From the IMG/VR virus record IMGVR_UViG_3300033144_003548: a DNA stretch of 64,000 bases, one strand, 5' to 3'. The stretch comes from a virus. The notes beneath the pieces were generated by a model that worked only from the letters and a program-made list of their open reading frames with translations, did no database searches and was not told the DNA's origin. Both the position numbers and the translations under genes were made by a program. Positions 8,782 through 14,813 of the stretch are shown in pieces (position 1 is the stretch's first letter; each line of letters opens with the position of its first letter).

Positions 8782-9347
8782 AGCTCCACAGAATCAATTT
8801 CATTACCCCAAGCATCCCAACCTTCCACCTTTTCTCTAGCAAAAAGTTCAATACGAGGCAAATCACCACACAACGATACTATTCTACTCCTTACCTCATT
8901 CGGTTTTGATGAGTGGATTCTTCTGTCTGGTATTGGTTCGTTCACAAATTGCAAGACGTAATGATTCTTGACGAGATGCCTCGTTCTTCCTCTTAACCCC
9001 AAAAAACATAACTCACAACTCCTTCTAGTGTAAGGAGTCAATGTCGTTCTGACCTTATTTTCATTGTGTAATGAACGCTTATTCCAAACGAAAGCAATAC
9101 CAGAATACTTAAATCCCCAAGCCTTCATAAACTCAGCAATACGGGGTATCCTGCTGTCAATAACCCACAAAAACAAGAAAGCATCGTCACCCACTATCGA
9201 TTTCACAGGTAATGACATTATCTCCTCATCTGTCATTACTCCATAAGGAACTTGTTTGCCCCCGCCAATCGAGCCAGCAGTTAATCCACCAAAAACATAC
9301 CCAGTATCCCAGGGGGGATCAGCGTAAATTATTTGGTACTTCAACAT
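8772..9347 (-). CDS. second MT-A70 family methyltransferase
   Basis: YADPPW, LFLWV, WGFKY, HSSKP, RIELFARE..GWDAWGNE. Confidence 0.9.
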   Translation of the reverse strand: MLKYQIIYADPPWDTGYVFGGLTAGSIGGGKQVPYGVMTDEEIMSLPVKSIVGDDAFLFLWVIDSRIPRIAEFMKAWGFKYSGIAFVWNKRSLHNENKVRTTLTPYTRRSCELCFLGLRGRTRHLVKNHYVLQFVNEPIPDRRIHSSKPNEVRSRIVSLCGDLPRIELFAREKVEGWDAWGNEIDSVELWT

Positions 9348-9350
9348 AAA

Positions 9351-9848
9351 TCAATCCCAAAGATGGAAGAACCAGCGTGTAAATAATCTCATTCTCTTCT
9401 TAAAGAGGTTCTGATCTTCTTTGGACATTTCTAGACTCTTATCTAGTGTCTTTTTCGTCAGCTTCTCCCCCCTCTCAAACCATTTGGGTTGAACCTTGTT
9501 TACGTAATCATCCTCACAAACTCTCTTAGCAGCTTCCCAACCCTCAATCATTTCTTCTAGAAGATCAATCCACTTGCCGTAAGTAGAGGCTTTGCCATAA
9601 CCTGGGTAACTGTGAGCATTCTCCTGCATATGCCTCAGCATCTCAGGGATAATTCTCGCTAAGTAATAGTCGATACCCCAAGTATCGCAATCCGCCCAAC
9701 CACGTTTTCCTCTCTGGAAAAACCATTTTACTTTCCTGAGATTGTAAGGAATGTCTAAAACAAACCTTCTTACAGGAAACCAAACTCTCTCAAACAACGT
9801 AAGTTTGCGAGATAGAATATCATCCAAAGATGTATACTCTTCACACAT
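9351..9848 (-). CDS. conserved hypothetical phage protein
   Basis: QRG.RGWAD.DTW.ID.YL...F..WF.HLWD pattern; RBS GGAGG. Confidence 0.7.
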   Translation of the reverse strand: MCEEYTSLDDILSRKLTLFERVWFPVRRFVLDIPYNLRKVKWFFQRGKRGWADCDTWGIDYYLARIIPEMLRHMQENAHSYPGYGKASTYGKWIDLLEEMIEGWEAAKRVCEDDYVNKVQPKWFERGEKLTKKTLDKSLEMSKEDQNLFKKRMRLFTRWFFHLWD

Positions 9849-9998
9849 ATTAACCTCCATTGGGATGAAACTTATCCCATTCGTTTCGTTACTTACGTCA
9901 TTCGAACCCCTCGTTAGCTGTAAATTTCATAGCCATTTCTTGATCCAATCTAATCGGCGACGGTAGATCACTGTCCAACGTCTAGCAAAGTATTTTCG

Positions 9999-10313
9999 CT
10001 AACTGTTCCAATAATAATTTTCGCCTAAAAGACCCGTGCCTTCTAGGTCTTCATCAGTCTCAATGATGTTTGCCCACTTGTCAATACAAGTGAAGTCGGG
10101 AAAATCTTTAGGATAGCGAGGCACTTCGTCCTCAACTATCTCTACTATCTTTCCACCAATAACTTTTGCAAAGCCACCTTCTCTCAGTAAGACAACGTAG
10201 CTGCTAGTGTCGGGGTCAAGATAAGGTACTTCATCCCCAACCTTTAAATCCCTCAATTCGTTATAGAAGCACTTAACTTGACTACCATTTGGTAATGAAT
10301 CATAAACTCCCAT
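9999..10313 (-). CDS. hypothetical protein
   Basis: MGVYD...QVKCF; RBS AGGAG. Confidence 0.65.
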   Translation of the reverse strand: MGVYDSLPNGSQVKCFYNELRDLKVGDEVPYLDPDTSSYVVLLREGGFAKVIGGKIVEIVEDEVPRYPKDFPDFTCIDKWANIIETDEDLEGTGLLGENYYWNS

Positions 10314-10329
10314 TAACTTCTCCTTTTTC

Positions 10330-10403
10330 TGGTAGCGGGGGTGAGGGTCGAACTCACGGAGAGTTGCTTATGAGACAACTTTGAATACCGATTCTCCACC
10401 GCT
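10330..10403 (-). tRNA. tRNA with CAT anticodon (Met or Ile2), atypical short D-arm
   Basis: Arm GTTGT-CTCATAA-GCAAC; T-arm GTGAG-TTCGACC-CTCAC; CCA; 4-nt D-loop; one acceptor-stem mismatch. Confidence 0.75.
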
Positions 10404-10583
10404 ATAATTTTCTATTGAATTACAATTTGCACAAAGACAACGATAATCTTCACTAATATACATCATCCACCAGTAAGGACATTCTGCCATTGGTATCTGA
10501 CATTTATCACAATTCCCTGGTTCGGGACATATTCTTGGGTCTGGTTCAGCCCACTTTAAGCAAGGTTTTTCCGCTTTCGTCAT
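10368..10583 (-). CDS. Cys-rich hypothetical protein
   Basis: ORF; 3' end overlaps the tRNA. Confidence 0.45.
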   Translation of the reverse strand: MTKAEKPCLKWAEPDPRICPEPGNCDKCQIPMAECPYWWMMYISEDYRCLCANCNSIENYSGGESVFKVVS

Positions 10584-10827
10584 TTCTCTCTAGAACAACA
10601 GAATAAATATTTCCCTTGCCAGACCTTGATTTAACCCTTGCTATATCCTTTGTCTCCTCAATAATCCTGTCGAGAATTTTTTGCCCTATTTCAATATGAC
10701 TTAACTCTCTACCACGAAAAATCACGCTAACTCTAACTTCATCTCTAGCTAGAAGTCTTTTAACGTTCTTTATCTTTATGAGTAGGTCGTGCTCTGCAAT
10801 TTTAGGTCTAATTCTAATCTCTTTCAA
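10546..10827 (-). CDS. infC: translation initiation factor IF3, C-terminal domain only
   Basis: KEIRIRPKIAEHDLLIKIK...VRVSVIFRGREL.H.E.G..IL. Confidence 0.85.
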   Translation of the reverse strand: MKEIRIRPKIAEHDLLIKIKNVKRLLARDEVRVSVIFRGRELSHIEIGQKILDRIIEETKDIARVKSRSGKGNIYSVVLERNDESGKTLLKVG

Positions 10828-10836
10828 TAATGACCT

Positions 10837-11067
10837 CTAATCCCACTGTGGGTCCCATCCATTCTTGCGTCTCCACCGCTCATACTCACCCCGTTTCTCG
10901 CAAGATGAGTGCCAATAACAAATCTCATCATTTGTATGAGCATCACACGTATTACACGGATTATGGTCTTGTATCAATTCATAGATGCGTTTACATTCAG
11001 GACAATCATCAATTGTTCCTGGATACCTAAGCTTATGCTTTCTGCACAACGATAATGTTCTTACCAT
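10837..11067 (-). CDS. Cys-rich hypothetical protein
   Basis: Start trimmed to MVRTLSLC, just 3' of tRNA-Gly. Confidence 0.55.
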   Translation of the reverse strand: MVRTLSLCRKHKLRYPGTIDDCPECKRIYELIQDHNPCNTCDAHTNDEICYWHSSCEKRGEYERWRRKNGWDPQWD

Positions 11068-11070
11068 ATG

Positions 11071-11144
11071 AGCGTCTGGAGAGATTTGGACTCTCACTTA
11101 CTGGTTGGAAGCCAGTCGTGCTAACCGTTAAACACTACAAACGC
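11071..11144 (-). tRNA. tRNA-Gly(TCC)
   Basis: Acceptor GCGTTTG/CAGACGC; arm ACTGG-CTTCCAA-CCAGT; T-loop variant TCCAAAT; U discriminator. Confidence 0.82.
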
Positions 11145-11149
11145 ATAGT

Positions 11150-11320
11150 GCCTACTGGTAAAGAGAAGAAAGTGAAGTCGTTAGAATTTAAAAAACACTA
11201 AAAGGCTAAACACGTTTACGTCCTTTTGTCTAGTCTCTTTACCGATGGACATCACAATGGACTAGATAACATCTGCCAAAGTAGTAACAACTATTTCACA
11301 ATCTAATCCCACCAGTAGGC
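11150..11320 (-). ncRNA. structured ncRNA directly downstream of the Ro60 gene (divergent Y-like candidate)
   Basis: 10-bp terminal stem GCCTACTGGT/ACCAGTAGGC; inner GTGAA..AGTTGTTA/TAACGACTTCAC; hairpins TCTAGTC/GACTAGA and AAAAGG/CCTTTT. Confidence 0.6.
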
Positions 11321-11338
11321 TATCAAGCAATCACCCGA

Positions 11339-12655
11339 TTAAAAACCACCTGTTTCGTAAGCTCTAATGTAATTCAAGACGGCTTCTGACCAACCATCAA
11401 TGTGAGTCCAGTTGCCGTAACCTACACCTCTCTGGTAAGAAGCAACATTTATCATATAACCCCTACCATTTGGTTTGCCAACTCTATCACTTGACTGCTC
11501 ATCAGTTATAACAAGTAGTCGGTCATAATTTGTGTTATTAACTGCGTTAACAGCACCACCTAGAGAAGTTCCGCCGTGAGGCTGAGAATTAATTATAGCA
11601 TCCCTCAATGCAAATCCGTGCCTTGCAGCAACTCTCTTTGCATTATTTGAGAATGTCCATATCTCAGCATCATCTGACATTTCTCTAGCCAGTATTGCCA
11701 GACCACAAGCAGCATCCATCGCAGTTAACTCTGACTTACCAGACAACCTTGAACCCATACTGCCAGACACATCCACCAACACCGTAGTTTTACCATCCAA
11801 CTTACCCTGACTTGCAACAGCCTTGAACATAGCCTTTTCTAGTTCAGTTTCCCACTGGGGTGCGTGGCTAGCTGCTGTAATAAATCTAAATGGTAAAACT
11901 CTGTCTACCTTCATATGGTCTAGAGCATCCTTCACCAACACCTCATCGACACCAGATTGGTGCATATTCCTCAAGTTACGAAGCAGAGCCATAGCTCCAA
12001 GCTTCCCATCTTTGATTAAACGCTCAAAAGTATCCTTCTTATCCTTACCAGCACTTAAATTAACTTCCCAAGTATCAGGTGCTGCCAAAGTCCCATCAAC
12101 CAATTGCTTCCAAGTATCCACCTGTTCTTTGCTTGTTGGTTTTGGGTGAGTAAGGAACAAAACATCTCTCAACTTAACTTCAGCATCTCTATTGTACTTG
12201 GCAAGCTCGTATTCATCAAACTTAGGAAAAGCTTCTGCCAAACCCTTCTTAACTTGTGCTGACAAGGGTTGCCTGCCGTCCTTCCAGTAAATCTTCAAAA
12301 ACTCGGCAGGCTCATCTGCACGTTGCATTATTCTTGCCAAAGTTTCCTTTACCAAGTGCTTGTGAGTATTGTGCTTAGCCATTTCACGCACAATTAGCAA
12401 AGGAACGTGACGCAGCTTCATTTGCTCCCTAGCTTCGATAGCTATCTCAGCCACCTTCTCTGGTTTTACTTTAGGCACAAGATCAGCTATTCTTTGAGCA
12501 ATATCCTTTCCACTCTCGTAGAAAGTGTTCTCCCAAAGCAAGCAAGCCATAACTGACCTTCTTAGCTCCAGCTCAGGACTTATCCTTCTTGCTGGACCTC
12601 CCTCGTGTGTGTAGATAGGAACTCTTGTTCTTGTTGCCGTGTTTGTTCTCACCAT
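11339..12655 (-). CDS. rsr: Ro60/TROVE domain RNA-binding protein
   Basis: THEGG, ELRRSV.ACLLWE..FYESG, QRADE, FDEY.LAKY, DTWEV.LS, MALLRNLRN, LPFRF; vWA MIDAS DVSGSM, ITDEQ. Confidence 0.95.
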   Translation of the reverse strand: MVRTNTATRTRVPIYTHEGGPARRISPELELRRSVMACLLWENTFYESGKDIAQRIADLVPKVKPEKVAEIAIEAREQMKLRHVPLLIVREMAKHNTHKHLVKETLARIMQRADEPAEFLKIYWKDGRQPLSAQVKKGLAEAFPKFDEYELAKYNRDAEVKLRDVLFLTHPKPTSKEQVDTWKQLVDGTLAAPDTWEVNLSAGKDKKDTFERLIKDGKLGAMALLRNLRNMHQSGVDEVLVKDALDHMKVDRVLPFRFITAASHAPQWETELEKAMFKAVASQGKLDGKTTVLVDVSGSMGSRLSGKSELTAMDAACGLAILAREMSDDAEIWTFSNNAKRVAARHGFALRDAIINSQPHGGTSLGGAVNAVNNTNYDRLLVITDEQSSDRVGKPNGRGYMINVASYQRGVGYGNWTHIDGWSEAVLNYIRAYETGGF

Positions 12656-12680
12656 ATCTAACTCCTTTCCTTTAATAAAA

Positions 12681-12797
12681 ATAAGGGGAACAAGCGACTA
12701 GAGTACGTTATCCCCAACTCACTCTCACTAAGGAGAGCCGTTGGAGTATACAAACTTCAAATTCTGTACGAAGTAACTCTTGTCTTCACCACCTTAT
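12681..12797 (-). ncRNA. Y-RNA-like unit 1
   Basis: ATAAGG-TGGTGAAGACAAGAGTTACTTCG...GTACTCTAGTCGCTTGTTCC-CCTTAT. Confidence 0.8.
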
Positions 12798-12804
12798 ACC
12801 GATA

Positions 12805-12887
12805 ACGGGGGACAAGCGACTAGGCTCTGTCAAAGCGTTTATTTTGTGAAAATAATCTTACGAAGAAATCCTAATCTTCACCACCGT
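12805..12887 (-). ncRNA. Y-RNA-like unit 2
   Basis: ACGG-TGGTGAAGATTAGGATTTCTTCG...CCTAGTCGCTTGTCCC-CCGT. Confidence 0.78.
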
Positions 12888-12898
12888 CAAATTCCGAT

Positions 12899-13026
12899 TT
12901 TGGTAGGGAACAGACGACCAGAGTACAAGGCTTTCGCCTTTTCGCTGGAGTCGAACCAGCAAAGATTGTTTTCAGACAATTTGTATTCCATACACGAAGT
13001 ATCTCTAATCTATCACCACTACCAAA
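12899..13026 (-). ncRNA. Y-RNA-like unit 3 (contains a T-arm)
   Basis: TTTGGTAG-TGGTGATAGATTAGAGATACTTCG...GCTGGTTCGACTCCAGC...GTACTCTGGTCGTCTGTTCC-CTACCAAA. Confidence 0.8.
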
Positions 13027-13028
13027 TT

Positions 13029-13235
13029 TTAACGTTCTACTCTTTGTATTTTAAAGAGATTATATTCATTCTTATCAAAACACCCATTGGGACACTTTGC
13101 ATAAACTAACCACAGATTCCGATTACCTTTTTCGGCATAAGCAAATGTCAAAGTAGCACCGCATCTATTGCAAGGATTCTGCTCAAGCACTTTCGAAACA
13201 ACATCTCCTAACTCTACCGCCAAAGGTCTTGTCAT
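13029..13235 (-). CDS. small Zn-finger protein inside the Y-RNA array
   Basis: MTRPLAVE...CNRCG...CPNGC; RBS GGAG. Confidence 0.6.
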   Translation of the reverse strand: MTRPLAVELGDVVSKVLEQNPCNRCGATLTFAYAEKGNRNLWLVYAKCPNGCFDKNEYNLFKIQRVER

Positions 13236-13248
13236 AATTCTCCAAATA

Positions 13249-13344
13249 AGTAGGGAACAAGCGACTCCAGCAAAGCAGCCACCCACAATGGGTGGTTTGT
13301 ATTCGAATTAGCAGTTCGATGCAACTGAAATCTTCACCACTACT
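13249..13344 (-). ncRNA. Y-RNA-like unit 4 (anticodon-like arm)
   Basis: AGTAG-TGGTGAAGATTTCAGTTGCATCG...TGCTGGAGTCGCTTGTTCC-CTACT. Confidence 0.8.
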
Positions 13345-13355
13345 ATATTTCCGAT

Positions 13356-13486
13356 GGATAGGGTACAAGCGAAAAGAGTACAATAAGCGTCCTATCTTAG
13401 ACGAACCCCACTCGGTGGGGTGTAGGATTCGATACCTACATTACTGCATCCACACTGCGAAGTAACTCTCCTCTTCGCCACTATCC
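13356..13486 (-). ncRNA. YrlA-type Y RNA unit 5 (permuted tRNA-like domain)
   Basis: GGATAG-TGGCGAAGAGGAGAGTTACTTCG...T-arm, loop-closed acceptor stem, D-arm...GTACTCTTTTCGCTTGTACC-CTATCC. Confidence 0.85.
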
Positions 13487-13502
13487 TGAGCTAGTTTCCT
13501 AG

Positions 13503-13784
13503 CTATGCCCAGTCCTTGTATTCCTCATCACTAATTCCAATGACATCGGCTTCTAGGTTAGTCCTAGAGATTGCTTGACCGAGCTTGGTATGCAACCTCG
13601 AATACTTCAAAATCTTCTGATGATTAGTCTCGAAATCGAAGTTTGGTTGCCAGTCCGCATCGGGGTGCTCCCCTCTACTTCCAAATGATCTATAAGACCA
13701 TCCGTGCTGTTGCTCTAGATTACGAAGATGGGAAATCTCCGCAGCTAATGCTTTCTGTGTTTGAAGTGCTGTTGCAATCTTCAT
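13503..13784 (-). CDS. helical protein, possibly DIP1984-like
   Basis: MKIATALQTQKAL..EI..L...L..AI.RTN pattern; first gene after the promoter. Confidence 0.5.
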   Translation of the reverse strand: MKIATALQTQKALAAEISHLRNLEQQHGWSYRSFGSRGEHPDADWQPNFDFETNHQKILKYSRLHTKLGQAISRTNLEADVIGISDEEYKDWA

Positions 13785-13810
13785 ATTTCTTTCTTCACCT
13801 TCCTGTCACT

Positions 13811-13844
13811 ATTATAGCACATTAAAACCTAATTGTCAAGCCCC
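13811..13844 (-). promoter_or_regulatory. sigma70 promoter driving the Ro60/Y-RNA operon
   Basis: GGGGC-TTGACA-17nt-(TG)TATAAT. Confidence 0.85.
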
Positions 13845-14041
13845 ATATGAGGCAAATTATAAGCTCTCTTTGGGTCTGGTTTACTCATCCGTATCTTTAT
13901 TACAAAGATAAACTCACGTCCACAAAAACCACACGTAACTTTATCTCCATCCTTGGGGTTAGGGTGCTGAAAAGAAGTCTTTCCACACGGACACTTGAAA
14001 CCTGTAGTAACAAATGACGTTACAGTTAAACTCTTATCCAT
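13829..14041 (-). CDS. Zn-ribbon protein, probably leaderless
   Basis: CPCG...CGFCG; ATG 8 nt after the -10 box. Confidence 0.6.
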   Translation of the reverse strand: MDKSLTVTSFVTTGFKCPCGKTSFQHPNPKDGDKVTCGFCGREFIFVIKIRMSKPDPKRAYNLPHMGLDN

Positions 14042-14049
14042 CTACTAAT

Positions 14050-14083
14050 ATTATAGCACAAAACGTTTTAATTGTCAAGCCCC
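14050..14083 (-). promoter_or_regulatory. sigma70 promoter (repeat family)
   Basis: GGGGC-TTGACA-17nt-(TG)TATAAT. Confidence 0.85.
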
Positions 14084-14343
14084 CCATCACTATCCAAGCA
14101 AGCTCCAGTCTCCCACGTACCATCGGGCTGAACCAATATAAATACTTCCTCATCACCCAAAGTAATGTCAAGACCACCACTAGAAAGAGGAGCAATAAAT
14201 AAACCATCAAGAAAATGTTTAGCTGTTTTGAGTGCTTCTTTTGTTATTGGATAACCACCACAGCTATCCCAATCCTTCTCAAGCTTTGCGAACTCTTTTA
14301 ATTCTTGTCTCAACAGCTTTCTTATTTCTTTACTATGCTTCAC
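14068..14343 (-). CDS. hypothetical protein, probably leaderless
   Basis: L.KDWDS.GG.PI...A...A..FL...P...GG motif; GTG 6 nt after the -10 box. Confidence 0.65.
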   Translation of the reverse strand: MKHSKEIRKLLRQELKEFAKLEKDWDSCGGYPITKEALKTAKHFLDGLFIAPLSSGGLDITLGDEEVFILVQPDGTWETGACLDSDGGLDN

Positions 14344-14349
14344 ATTATC

Positions 14350-14383
14350 ATTATAACATAAAGAGAACTAATTGTCAAGCCCC
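14350..14383 (-). promoter_or_regulatory. sigma70 promoter (repeat family)
   Basis: GGGGC-TTGACA-17nt-(TG)TATAAT. Confidence 0.85.
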
Positions 14384-14631
14384 TGCAAGTCAGCCTCAAC
14401 TGGTTGGGAAGTAAAGCATTGAAACCTGAACTGACAAGCTTCACAATACTCTCCCTTCTCCCTGCCACATATCAAGACGTTTACAAGGTCGAGAGGTTTT
14501 CTACACTCTGAACAAACCTTAAAATTTTTGTCCAGCATTAGACCAAATACTTCGTGTCTTTGCGTATAAATCGTAAAACCACAGTTCATACACCTTACGA
14601 AGATTTTCACTTCTTCAAGCACTCCGTACAA
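14368..14631 (-). CDS. Cys-rich protein (CxxCxxRFxC family)
   Basis: CEACQFRFQCFT. Confidence 0.6.
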   Translation of the reverse strand: MYGVLEEVKIFVRCMNCGFTIYTQRHEVFGLMLDKNFKVCSECRKPLDLVNVLICGREKGEYCEACQFRFQCFTSQPVEADLQGLDN

Positions 14632-14813
14632 ATATACTTAGCTGGTTTTACTTTTACCAGCTTACCATTCTTATCCTTTTCACGAATACGATGAAGCGTG
14701 AACTGAGTTTCACCACACTCAGAGCAACAAATAACCCTTTGCATAAATAGATTAAGCGTTAAGCTACTTGGATCTACATCCGTTTTTCTAACTTCTAACT
14801 TTTCTACTGGCAT
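14607..14813 (-). CDS. Zn-ribbon protein
   Basis: CSECG...CTEC; RBS GGAGAGG. Confidence 0.6.
   Translation of the reverse strand: MPVEKLEVRKTDVDPSSLTLNLFMQRVICCSECGETQFTLHRIREKDKNGKLVKVKPAKYICTECLKK

Noticed and set aside
9861-9998. Possible tRNA or ncRNA (GGGGTTCGAAT) in an intergenic gap
   Set aside because: No T-stem complement or cloverleaf; only a small hairpin near the downstream RBS.
968-11144. Stop-codon reassignment or suppressor tRNAs
   Set aside because: All eight anticodons are sense, and long genes are intact in the standard code.
12940-12965. tRNA gene suggested by GGTTCGACTCC
   Set aside because: No acceptor stem or D-arm in tRNA order; it is a T-arm embedded in Y-like unit 3.
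12780-13383. ORFs 12780-13109(+), 13183-13383(-) and the N-terminal extension of 13029-13286
   Set aside because: They overlap the covarying RNA units; a better start with an RBS exists at 13235.
12681-13486. CRISPR array interpretation of the repeats upstream of Ro60
   Set aside because: Repeats are bipartite, degenerate and pair around the variable part; unit lengths vary from 83 to 131 nt; no cas operon is present.
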